A stretch of 17,183 nt of DNA. Origin: Deferribacterales bacterium (GTDB taxonomy: Bacteria; Chrysiogenota; Deferribacteres; Deferribacterales; Geovibrionaceae). The notes beneath the pieces were generated by a model. That model worked only from the letters and a program-made list of their open reading frames with translations. It did not search any database and had not been told where the DNA came from. Both the position numbers and the translations under genes were made by a program. The DNA is taken from positions 1-17,183 of the forward strand of contig JBFWJG010000047.1 in assembly GCA_050253335.1 (NCBI GenBank), written 5' to 3'. Positions 1-8,138 of this stretch are shown piece by piece. Position 1 is the stretch's first letter. The number at the start of each line of letters is the position of its first letter.

Positions 1-63
1 AGCGGTTACGACAGGCTCCTTGAGCGTCAGATTTTCAAACACGGCTACAAGGAAGAAGTGTAA
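1..63 (+). CDS. 3' end of an upstream CDS (partial, product unknown)
   Basis: Frame 1 is open from base 1 (SGYDRLLERQIFKHGYKEEV) to TAA at 61-63 and is followed by an intergenic structured element. Too short to assign a product. Confidence 0.6.
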   Translation, partial: SGYDRLLERQIFKHGYKEEV

Positions 64-243
64 ACGAACGGCGCAGGACGCGCCTTCCGCCGTGCGCAGC
101 GAAGCGTAAAAGATACACGGATGTATCCGCGGAGTGCGTACCGCAACATATGTGAGGAACGCAAACGTAGCCAGAGCAGCAAACGGCTTTGCCGTGTAGG
201 CTGCGAGTGAGAAAAAACTACATGGATGTAAGTTTTTACGAAC
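64..243 (+). repeat. Multi-hairpin intergenic element (REP/MITE-like, or a structured RNA) with GGA-containing loops
   Basis: Hairpins: GGCGC-AGGAC-GCGCC (70-84); GATACA-CGGA-TGTATC (112-127); TGCGT..ACGCA (135-163); GCAGC..ACGGC-TTT-GCCGT..GCTGC (176-204); AAAAACTACA-TGGA-TGTA(A)GTTTTT (213-237). Bounded by direct ACGAAC at 64-69 and 238-243. Only one copy in this window. Confidence 0.55.
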
Positions 244-254
244 TATAATAGGTC

Positions 255-283
255 TAGACAACTTCCTTTTCCTGTCGTATGCT
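255..283 (+). promoter_or_regulatory. Putative sigma70 promoter for the DUF502-aroE-pilBTC operon
   Basis: TAGACA (255-260), 17-bp spacer, TATGCT (278-283). The expected TSS falls at about 290-291. Confidence 0.6.
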
Positions 284-290
284 TTTCTTC

Positions 291-944
291 ATGAAAAAAT
301 TCAGAATATTTCTACGCAACGCTTTCATAGCCGGAATTTTGTCGTGTCTGCCCATAGTGGTAACCGTATGGTTTCTGCGGTTTGTTTTTGATAAATTTTC
401 CGGTTTTCTTCTGCCTTACTTTGATATGTTCATAGTGAGGTACGATCTAGTTATCCCCAGATATATCATGGAACTTTTCTCCTTTATTGTCATACTTCTT
501 GCCATACTCTGCATAGGTCTTGTGGCGAAGCATTACGTGGGTAAAAAGTTTTTTAATATCCTTGAGGCGTTCGTATCAAAGATTCCTTTTGCCAAAAGTG
601 TTTACGGCATTATGCGTCAGATTGTCGACACATTTCAGAACGCCGGCGGGGGAAACTTCAAAAAAGTGGTTCTTGTTGAATATCCCCGCAAAGGAATATT
701 CAGTATGGGGTTTATTACCAAAGACGCCTCGGATTTTTTCACAAAAGCCACAGGGCAGGACTGCGTGAGCGTGTTCATGCCGACCACGCCGAACCCCACC
801 TCCGGCTTTGTGCTTATAATACCCAAATGCGAACTGATAGAACTGAAAATACCCGTTGAAGAAGGGGTAAAATACATTATTTCCGCCGGGATTCTGGAAC
901 CTTTTGACAAAGACTTCAAACCGGACGCAGAAAATGTATCTTAA
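291..944 (+). CDS. DUF502 family membrane protein
   Basis: Two N-terminal hydrophobic segments and the motifs 'IPFAKSVY', 'VVLVEYPRKG' and 'VFMPTTPNPTSGF' typical of DUF502. ATG 291 is preferred because ATG 279 lies within the -10 box. Confidence 0.9.
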   Translation: MKKFRIFLRNAFIAGILSCLPIVVTVWFLRFVFDKFSGFLLPYFDMFIVRYDLVIPRYIMELFSFIVILLAILCIGLVAKHYVGKKFFNILEAFVSKIPFAKSVYGIMRQIVDTFQNAGGGNFKKVVLVEYPRKGIFSMGFITKDASDFFTKATGQDCVSVFMPTTPNPTSGFVLIIPKCELIELKIPVEEGVKYIISAGILEPFDKDFKPDAENVS

Positions 945-1752
945 TCTCGGGCTTATCGGAAACCCTTTATCACACTCCCTTTCCCCTTCGATTCATTCAC
1001 GCTTTCTTGTGTCCGCCGGAATAAACGGCGGCTATGTCTGCTTTGAAGCCCCGTCTGAGAATGACCTGCCTGAAGTTTTTGATATAATGAAAAAATTCAG
1101 GTTCAGAGGGGCTAATGTCACCGTTCCTTACAAAGAGGATGTCATATCCTTCATGGACGAGCTTGAACCGCTCGCGGAGGAACTGAGAGCTGTCAACACA
1201 ATACTTTTTAATAACGGCCGTACAAAAGGCTTCAACACCGATGTTCACGGATTTGCCGAAACACTGCGGGAAAACAGGCTTGATCTTGCAGAGGCAAGGG
1301 TGCTTATGCTGGGGTGCGGGGGAGCGGCGAAGGCTGTTCTGCGCTGTTTAAAAGATTTCAGAAACATTAAACTCACCGTTGTTAACAGAGACACTGCGAA
1401 AGCGGAAAATATTTTGAAATTTCTTAATTTTGACAATGCAGAAATATGTGATTATAATTACATCAGCAGGGAAGCGGTTTTTGACTCAGTCATTAACGCC
1501 ACTTCCCTCGGGCTGGACGGTTCGCCCTTTGCCGATATGAGCAGGATAAAATGCACTCAGGCGGCTGTTGACCTGCAGTACAAACCGTGGGTCACTCCCT
1601 TTTTGAAATGCTATGAAAACAGCGGATGCAAAATAATAAACGGTTTTTCCATGCTGGTTCATCAGGCGCACAAGGCATTCGAGATCTGGACAGACAGAAA
1701 AGCCTGCTTTGATATGCAGGAATTAATAAAACTGAGCGGAGCCGCTAATTGA
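934..1752 (+). CDS. aroE: Shikimate dehydrogenase
   Basis: Motifs GNPLSHSLSP, GANVTVPYK, AVNT, NTD, GCGGAAKA (Rossmann), NATSLG and MLVHQA..AFEIWT. ATG 934 overlaps the end of the DUF502 gene and is preferred over TTG 904. Confidence 0.93.
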   Translation: MYLNLGLIGNPLSHSLSPSIHSRFLVSAGINGGYVCFEAPSENDLPEVFDIMKKFRFRGANVTVPYKEDVISFMDELEPLAEELRAVNTILFNNGRTKGFNTDVHGFAETLRENRLDLAEARVLMLGCGGAAKAVLRCLKDFRNIKLTVVNRDTAKAENILKFLNFDNAEICDYNYISREAVFDSVINATSLGLDGSPFADMSRIKCTQAAVDLQYKPWVTPFLKCYENSGCKIINGFSMLVHQAHKAFEIWTDRKACFDMQELIKLSGAAN

Positions 1753-3470
1753 ACACCGTCAGGAAAAGCACCAAGCTTGGCAGCATGCTTATTCAGGAAA
1801 ATCTGATCACTCAGGAGCAGCTTGAGAAAGCTCTGGAATATCAGATGAATAAAGGCGGCAGGCTCGGCACGGTTCTCATAGATCTGGGCTATGTGGATGA
1901 GCTGTCCATAGCTAAGCTTCTCAGCAAACAGTACGGTGTGCCCTATGTGGACATTGCCGAAATTGAAATAGATCAGTCCGCCTCGGACGCCCTTTCCACA
2001 GACCTCTGCAAAAAATACAATGTTGTCCCCTTCGCAAGACAGGGAAAAACGCTCAAAGTCGCCATAACCGATCCGTCCAACGCGTATGCCCTTGAGGAGC
2101 TCCGCTTTGTTTCCGGCTTCAACATGGAACCGTACGTGACTGTGGAATCCATGATGAACGAATTTCTCCGCAAGCGTCAGGAGAAGGACGAGGAGAGCAG
2201 AACCGATCTGATGAAGGAGATCGGTGATTTTGACATGGAGGATCTGGAGATAGAAACTGTGGAGGAGAGCAGTGTGGCTCTCGAACAGCTCCGCAGGGAT
2301 ATTGAAGACACCCCCATAGTAAAACTGGTTAACCATATCATGAACGAGGCCGTGAAAAGACGCGCCTCCGACATCCATATAGAACCTTACGAGAAAGAGT
2401 TCCGCGTGCGTCTCAGGGTGGACGGAGTTCTGCAGGAACTTATGAATCCGCCGAAAAGCATCAAGGATGCTGTTATTTCCCGTATAAAAATCCTTGCCGA
2501 TCTTGACATAGCCGAACGCAGGCTCCCGCAGGACGGCCGTATCAAGCTTCGTCTGGGTTCCATCACAATAGACATGAGGGTTTCCACACTGCCTGTTCTC
2601 TTTGGCGAGAAAGTGGTTATCCGTCTTCTGGATAAGAGCAATCTTCAGCTTGATATGGAAAAGCTGGGCTTTGAAAAGGAATCTCTGGATCGTCTGGTAA
2701 AAGCAATAGAAAGCCCTTACGGAATGGTGCTTGTAACCGGCCCCACGGGCAGCGGTAAATCCACCACGCTTTACTCCGCCCTCAGCCGTCTCAATAAAGA
2801 AGATGTAAACATTATGACCGCTGAAGACCCCGTGGAGTATAACCTTTTCGGTGTCAATCAGGTGCAGATGAAGGACGAGATAGGTCTGAACTTCGCCGCC
2901 GCCCTCCGTTCATTTCTCCGTCAGGACCCGGACATCATAATGGTCGGGGAGATAAGGGACTACGAAACAGGGGAAATCGCCATCAAAGCGGCGCTCACCG
3001 GACACCTTGTACTTTCCACCCTCCACACCAACGATGCGCCCAGCACTATAAACAGGCTTCTCAACATGGGTATCGAGCCTTTCCTTGTGGCTTCATCCAC
3101 CAACCTTATCCTCGCCCAGAGACTGGCCAGAAGAATATGCCAGTCATGCACGGAGGAGATAGACATGCCGCCCGAAGCTCTTCTGAGCATAGGCTTCAGG
3201 AAGGACGAGGTAGGCACTTTCAAACCCAGCAAGGGCAAAGGCTGTGAAAAATGCGGCGGCACGGGATACAAGGGAAGGGTGGCATTCTACGAAGTAATGG
3301 AAATTACGGAAAATATACGGGAATGCATTCTCCGCGGTGCAAACGCAGGCGAAATTAAGCGGGCGGCACTCGGCGACGGTATGATATCATTAAGACGCAG
3401 CGGTCTTGAAAAGATCAAGAACGGCATAACCACGGTGGAAGAGGTGGTCAGAGTCACCTTCACCGACTGA
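1749..3470 (+). CDS. pilB: Type IV-A pilus assembly ATPase PilB
   Basis: N-terminal MshEN-like repeat, ASDIHIEP, Walker A GPTGSGKS, AEDPVEY, LRQDPDIIMVGEIRD, GHLVLSTLHTND and tetra-Cys (CQSC..CEKC). TTG start overlaps the aroE stop (TTGA). Confidence 0.95.
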   Translation: MNTVRKSTKLGSMLIQENLITQEQLEKALEYQMNKGGRLGTVLIDLGYVDELSIAKLLSKQYGVPYVDIAEIEIDQSASDALSTDLCKKYNVVPFARQGKTLKVAITDPSNAYALEELRFVSGFNMEPYVTVESMMNEFLRKRQEKDEESRTDLMKEIGDFDMEDLEIETVEESSVALEQLRRDIEDTPIVKLVNHIMNEAVKRRASDIHIEPYEKEFRVRLRVDGVLQELMNPPKSIKDAVISRIKILADLDIAERRLPQDGRIKLRLGSITIDMRVSTLPVLFGEKVVIRLLDKSNLQLDMEKLGFEKESLDRLVKAIESPYGMVLVTGPTGSGKSTTLYSALSRLNKEDVNIMTAEDPVEYNLFGVNQVQMKDEIGLNFAAALRSFLRQDPDIIMVGEIRDYETGEIAIKAALTGHLVLSTLHTNDAPSTINRLLNMGIEPFLVASSTNLILAQRLARRICQSCTEEIDMPPEALLSIGFRKDEVGTFKPSKGKGCEKCGGTGYKGRVAFYEVMEITENIRECILRGANAGEIKRAALGDGMISLRRSGLEKIKNGITTVEEVVRVTFTD

Positions 3471-3485
3471 TGCGGAGGATAGGAA

Positions 3486-4571
3486 ATGTACAGCCTTCAG
3501 GAACTTCTTTCCAAAATGGTGGAGCTTGACGCAAGTGATATGCATATAACCGTGGGGACACCGCCCACATACCGTGTCAGCGGAGATCTTGTGAGAATCG
3601 AGGGCGAACCCATGAAGCCCAATGAAACCAAGCAGCTCTGCTACAGCATACTCACCGAGGCGCAGAAACAGAGGCTTGAGGAGGACTGGGAGCTTGACTT
3701 GTCCTTCGGGCTCAAAGGGGTAAGCCGCTTCAGGGCAAACTTTTTCATGCAGAGAGGCGCAATAGCCGCCGCGTTCCGCCGTATTCCCTACAAAATCCTT
3801 ACCTTTGAGGAGCTTCACCTGCCGGCAGTGGTGAAATCCCTGTGCGACAAACCCAGAGGACTGATCCTTGTTACAGGCCCCACAGGAAGCGGTAAGTCAA
3901 CAACTCTGGCGTCTATGATAGATAAAATAAACACCGAGGAACCGGTTCACATAGTCACAGTGGAAGACCCCATAGAGTATGTTCATGTGCATAAAAAAGC
4001 CACGGTAAACCAAAGGGAGCTCCATGCGGATACGAAATCTTTCCGCAGCGCGCTGAAATACATTCTCCGCCAGGACCCCGACGTTGTTCTCATCGGCGAG
4101 ATGCGAGACCTAGAAACCATAGAGGCGGCGCTCACTGTTTCCGAAACTGGCCACCTTACCTTCGGAACCCTCCATACAAACAGCGCCGTGCAGACAATCA
4201 ACCGTATCATAGATGTTTTCCCCCCGCATCAGCAGCCGCAGATAAGGGCGCAGCTCTCCTTTGTTCTTGAAGGCGTTGTTTCCCAGCAGCTTATTCAGAG
4301 GGCGGACGGCAAGGGGCGTGTTATGTGCTGCGAAGTTATGGTTCCCAACTCGGCCATACGCAACCTGATCAGGGAGGACAAGCTTCATCAGGTTTACTCC
4401 ATGATGCAGTCCGGCCAGTCCGAACACGGAATGCAGACCATGAGCCAGTCGTTGTTTGAAAACTACAGCAAAGGGCTTATCACATACGAAGACGCAGTCA
4501 ACCGTGCTGTTTACCCTGATGAAGTAAGGCAGTTTATTGACAGGGCGGGCGGACCCCGCAAAAGAAGGTAG
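3486..4571 (+). CDS. pilT: Type IV pilus retraction ATPase PilT
   Basis: ASDMHI, GPTGSGKSTT, EDPIEY, LRQDPD, the diagnostic AIRNLIRE motif and GMQT. GGAGG RBS upstream. Confidence 0.96.
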   Translation: MYSLQELLSKMVELDASDMHITVGTPPTYRVSGDLVRIEGEPMKPNETKQLCYSILTEAQKQRLEEDWELDLSFGLKGVSRFRANFFMQRGAIAAAFRRIPYKILTFEELHLPAVVKSLCDKPRGLILVTGPTGSGKSTTLASMIDKINTEEPVHIVTVEDPIEYVHVHKKATVNQRELHADTKSFRSALKYILRQDPDVVLIGEMRDLETIEAALTVSETGHLTFGTLHTNSAVQTINRIIDVFPPHQQPQIRAQLSFVLEGVVSQQLIQRADGKGRVMCCEVMVPNSAIRNLIREDKLHQVYSMMQSGQSEHGMQTMSQSLFENYSKGLITYEDAVNRAVYPDEVRQFIDRAGGPRKRR

Positions 4572-4576
4572 GATTC

Positions 4577-5785
4577 ATGGCTGTTTATAAATACAGAGGG
4601 ACAGACCCCGGCGGTCAGCCCATACAAAGTATAATCGAGGCAGACAACAAACAGCAGGCTGCAGAGATCCTCAAGAACCGCAGAATAGCAGTGCGGGAGA
4701 TTAAGAGAGATTTCAGCAAAGCGGAATTCAGCCTGCCGGAAAAGATAAAAGACGAGGATATCCTGATTTCCACCAGACAGCTTAGTGTTATGGTGGATGC
4801 GGGTCTGCCCATCGTGAAGGCTCTGGATATCATAGCGACTCAGGCCTCAAAAAAACGTATGCGCAAGATATTCACGGATGTCAAAGGCGGAATCGAAACA
4901 GGTTCGGAGTTCAATAAAGCTCTGGCGAAATATAAAAACGACTTCGGCGAACTGTATGTCAACATGATCGCCGCAGGCGAGGCGGGCGGTCTTCTGGACT
5001 CGATTCTGGACAGGCTCGCCACCTACCTTGAAAAAGCCATATCCCTCCGCAGAAAGGTGAAAGCGGCGATGACCTACCCGACCGTGGTTCTTATCGTGGC
5101 GGTTGCCGTTGTTTACGGGCTTATGGTTTTCATTATCCCCAAATTCAAAGAGATGTACGAAGGTTTCGGCGGAGAGCTTCCCGCGCTGACACAGCTTGCA
5201 ATCTCCATAAGCGACTTTCTGAGCAAGTGGTACGGCGGGGGGCTTATCTTTGCGAGCATTATAGTTACGTTTACTGTTCTGAAACTGACATATACACGAT
5301 CGCCCGCCGGACGCTACAAGATGGATCAGGTTTTCCTGCGCATCCCCAAAATAGGGGATCTGATCCGCAAGGTCGCGGTGGCCAAGTTTTCTCGAACATT
5401 CGGAACCCTGCTCTCAAGCGGTGTTTCCATTCTGGATGCTCTTGATATTGTCGCGAAAACCAGCGGCAACAAGGTTATCGAAAAAGCGCTTCTGGACAGC
5501 AAGAGGGACATTGAATCCGGTAAAACAATCGTTGAACCGCTTGAAAAATCAGGAGTTTTTCCGTCAATGGTTATCCAGATGATCTCCGTGGGCGAGGAAA
5601 CAGGCTCCCTTGATTTGATGCTTCAGAAAATAGCCGATTTCTATGACGATGAGGTGGACAGGGCAGTGGAAGGGCTTACCAAGCTTATCGAACCGTTCCT
5701 CATGCTTTTTGTGGGCGGTGCAGTGGGCTTTGTAATCATTGCGATGTATCTGCCGATCTTCAAACTCGGGGATGTCATACAGTAA
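4577..5785 (+). CDS. pilC: Type IV pilus inner-membrane platform protein PilC (GspF family)
   Basis: TRQLSVMVDAGLPI, YVNMIAAGEAGG, AMTYP, MISVGEETG, LIEP and C-terminal AMYLPIF. Follows pilB-pilT. Confidence 0.95.
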   Translation: MAVYKYRGTDPGGQPIQSIIEADNKQQAAEILKNRRIAVREIKRDFSKAEFSLPEKIKDEDILISTRQLSVMVDAGLPIVKALDIIATQASKKRMRKIFTDVKGGIETGSEFNKALAKYKNDFGELYVNMIAAGEAGGLLDSILDRLATYLEKAISLRRKVKAAMTYPTVVLIVAVAVVYGLMVFIIPKFKEMYEGFGGELPALTQLAISISDFLSKWYGGGLIFASIIVTFTVLKLTYTRSPAGRYKMDQVFLRIPKIGDLIRKVAVAKFSRTFGTLLSSGVSILDALDIVAKTSGNKVIEKALLDSKRDIESGKTIVEPLEKSGVFPSMVIQMISVGEETGSLDLMLQKIADFYDDEVDRAVEGLTKLIEPFLMLFVGGAVGFVIIAMYLPIFKLGDVIQ

Positions 5786-5794
5786 GGGTATTCC

Positions 5795-5870
5795 GGTCAT
5801 TCTGAGGCTTTAGCCGAAGAATCTCTATCTGGTGCTGGATGAGAGATTCTTCACTGCGTTCAGAATGACC
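5795..5870. repeat. REP-like palindromic element between the convergent pilC and tolC genes; may double as a bidirectional terminator
   Basis: Outer IR GGTCATTCTGA (5795-5805) / TCAGAATGACC (5860-5870). Inner IR GAAGAATCTCT (5816-5826) / AGAGATTCTTC (5842-5852). A related half-copy lies at 12097-12127. Confidence 0.8.
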
Positions 5871-5890
5871 TGTCCGGATGAGGAATCTTT

Positions 5891-7159
5891 CTAAAACACC
5901 TTCTGCTCCACAACCCTTTCTATTTCCGCCATAGCTTTGTAAATGTCATACAGCGCCTTGTTATAGTTGTTTCTGGCTCTGGTGAGCATGACGCGTGCGT
6001 CAAGAAGGTCTGTGGCGGTGGTTACGCGCTGCTTGTACTGGCTCTCCGTTATGCGGTAGTTCTCTTCCGCTGATTCCACCTCTTTTTCAGCAACAGTGAG
6101 ACTGCCCGCCGCCAGTGAATACTGCTCGATGGCGTTTTCAAGCTGATATTTCATCTGTGCCGTAGTTTTGAGTTCCTGATGCTTCAGAGACATAGCATAT
6201 GATTTTTCAGCCGCGGCTGTGCTTCTGCGGGCATTTCCGTCAAAAATGCTCCATGTTGCGGAAGCGCCGAAGATCACTTCGTCATCATATGAGTTTTCCC
6301 TGTCTGCCGGTTTGGCATCATCGCCGTATGAGTTATAGGAGGCCGACACGCTGACAGAGGGCAGACCGCCGCGTCTGGTGGCATCTGCGGAATAGTTCTG
6401 AGCCTTCACAAGCTCACGTACATATTTCAGCTCGCTCCTGTTCGCTTTGAGACTTTCAAAGAGCGAAGCGGGGTTCATCTCTGTCTGCTCCGGTTCGGTA
6501 AAATCCTCGTAGACTTCATCCGCCGGAATGTTGGCGCTCATGAGTCTTTCAAGCTCAAGAACGGCGATATTTTCCGCACTCTGCGCCTGAAGAAGCGCCT
6601 GCTTCTGTGAAGCAAGTTCCGCCTCAACCTTCAGCACTTCGTTTTTAGGAGATATTCCCACATCATAAGTGAGTCTTGCGTCTTTAAGCTGGCTTTCAAG
6701 GAGAGCCACGCTCTCTCTGGCGGCCTGTGAATCCTTTTTGGCCTGCAGAATGCTGAAAAAAGCTTTCTTAACATCCAGAACAACATCAGCTCTTATGCTT
6801 TCTTCCATAAACTTCTGCGCCTCAAGGGAGGATTTCGCCGCCTTCAGGTTAAGGCTGTCCGCCCCGCCTCTGAAAAGATTATAGCTCACGGTCACATCCG
6901 CGCTGGAAGCCTGATTTTTGCCCAAGCCGTATTTGTTGTCCTCGCTGGAACGCTGGTAGCCGTATGATGCATCAAGCTGCGGAAGGAAGGGCGAGCGCGC
7001 CGCGCCGATCTGGTTTTCCTTCTGCTCGGTGAGGTATCTGTATTCGGTTATTTCATGGTTATTCGCAAGCGCTCTGCTCACAGCTTCGTCCAGAGTGAGA
7101 GCATGGGCGGAAACAGCAAATGAAAGGCAGAAAACGGCTGCCGCAGTTTTTTTCATCAT
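5891..7159 (-). CDS. TolC family outer membrane efflux protein
   Basis: Signal peptide (MMKKTAAAVFCLSFAVSAHA), 'LTLDEAVSRALANN', 'FLPQLDAS', 'YNLFRGG', 'WSIFDG' and 'TDLLDA' giving a two-repeat OEP pattern. AAGGTG RBS. Start is 7159 or 7156. Confidence 0.9.
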   Translation of the reverse strand: MMKKTAAAVFCLSFAVSAHALTLDEAVSRALANNHEITEYRYLTEQKENQIGAARSPFLPQLDASYGYQRSSEDNKYGLGKNQASSADVTVSYNLFRGGADSLNLKAAKSSLEAQKFMEESIRADVVLDVKKAFFSILQAKKDSQAARESVALLESQLKDARLTYDVGISPKNEVLKVEAELASQKQALLQAQSAENIAVLELERLMSANIPADEVYEDFTEPEQTEMNPASLFESLKANRSELKYVRELVKAQNYSADATRRGGLPSVSVSASYNSYGDDAKPADRENSYDDEVIFGASATWSIFDGNARRSTAAAEKSYAMSLKHQELKTTAQMKYQLENAIEQYSLAAGSLTVAEKEVESAEENYRITESQYKQRVTTATDLLDARVMLTRARNNYNKALYDIYKAMAEIERVVEQKVF

Positions 7160-7190
7160 TGTCGGTCACCTTTTTGTCAGTAATTAAAGC

Positions 7191-7199
7191 ATCTTAGCA
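7191..7199 (-). promoter_or_regulatory. Putative extended -10 promoter for tolC
   Basis: Minus strand reads TG-C-TAAGAT about 30 nt upstream of the start codon. The -35 element is poor. Confidence 0.4.
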
Positions 7200-7346
7200 T
7201 AAACAGAACCGCGCGGGAAACAGGAAAGAAGGCTCCTTCCGCCTGTGTGCCGCATGTGAATGACCTTTAAACAGCAATAAAGTTTCCGAGATAGTGATAA
7301 AAACAGGCTGTTTATTTGTCAGGTTATGAACAGGAAATGTTTTTCT

Positions 7347-7375
7347 TTGAAGCTTTTGCAAAAATGAATTATTAT
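7347..7375 (+). promoter_or_regulatory. Putative sigma70 promoter for the LOG-PHP-ior operon
   Basis: TTGAAG (7347-7352), 17 bp, TATTAT (7370-7375), in an AT-rich stretch. Confidence 0.5.
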
Positions 7376-7430
7376 ATTTTTCTTATCGGTCAAAAACAGT
7401 ACGTTTTACAAAATACAGAGGGTGCTTCAA

Positions 7431-8108
7431 TTGAATAATAACGGCGAACTTAATCTCAACGGGCTTCAATACCTCATAGATGATATGAAGGTTGGGGATA
7501 CATGGCGTGTGTTTAAAATCCTCGCCGAATTTGTGGAAGGTTTCGAAACCCTCTCCAAAGTAGGCTCATGCGCCACGGTTTTCGGCTCTGCCCGTGTGCG
7601 GGAAGGGGACTATGACTATGAGCTTGCCCGCAAGGTGGGGAGACTTCTTGCCGATGAGGGTATAGCGGTTATGACAGGCGGCGGACCCGGAATAATGGAA
7701 GCGGCAAACAGAGGAGCCTTTGAAAAAGGCGGACGCTCCGTCGGCTGCAACATTGAACTTCCGTATGAGCAGAAGCCGAACCCATACACCAACATAAGCA
7801 TATCGTTCAACTATTTCTTCGTCCGCAAGGTTATGCTGGTTAAGTATTCCAGCGCGTTTATAATAATGCCCGGCGGCTTTGGAACCATGGACGAGCTTTT
7901 TGAGGCGATAACTCTTATCCAGACCAGAAAAATCAAGCCTTTCCCCATCATAATGATGGGCAGCGACTTCTGGAAAGGAATGCTGGACTGGGTTAAGGAA
8001 AGTATGCTTTCAAAAGGGTTTATCCACCCTTCCGACCTTGACCTTATACAGATGCAGGACGACCCCTATGAAGCGGTTGAAGCTGTTAAGCGTTTCCTTG
8101 CAAAGTGA
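7431..8108 (+). CDS. LOG family (TIGR00730-type Rossmann-fold) nucleotide monophosphate nucleosidase / phosphoribohydrolase
   Basis: VFGSAR, TGGGPGIMEAANRGA, YFFVRKVML and PGGFGTMDE (the LOG PGGxGTxxE signature). TTG 7431 has RBS GAGGGTG at 7418-7424; GTG 7422 is the alternative start. Confidence 0.9.
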   Translation: MNNNGELNLNGLQYLIDDMKVGDTWRVFKILAEFVEGFETLSKVGSCATVFGSARVREGDYDYELARKVGRLLADEGIAVMTGGGPGIMEAANRGAFEKGGRSVGCNIELPYEQKPNPYTNISISFNYFFVRKVMLVKYSSAFIIMPGGFGTMDELFEAITLIQTRKIKPFPIIMMGSDFWKGMLDWVKESMLSKGFIHPSDLDLIQMQDDPYEAVEAVKRFLAK

Positions 8109-8138
8109 AGTTTTGTGATATAAAACAGGGGGCACACT

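Noticed and set aside
279..290. Longer start (ATG 279) for the DUF502 gene
   Set aside because: It lies inside the predicted -10 hexamer and has no RBS.
1662..2378. 238-aa antisense ORF, and the similar 9847-10620 ORF and other short overlapping ORFs
   Set aside because: These are shadow frames overlapping strongly supported genes (pilB, iorA, autotransporter) and show no recognisable motifs.
8098..8124. Internal promoter before the PHP gene (TTGCAA ... TGATATAAA)
   Set aside because: The spacing to the best -10 candidate is only 15 bp and the conserved final T is missing. Too weak to call.
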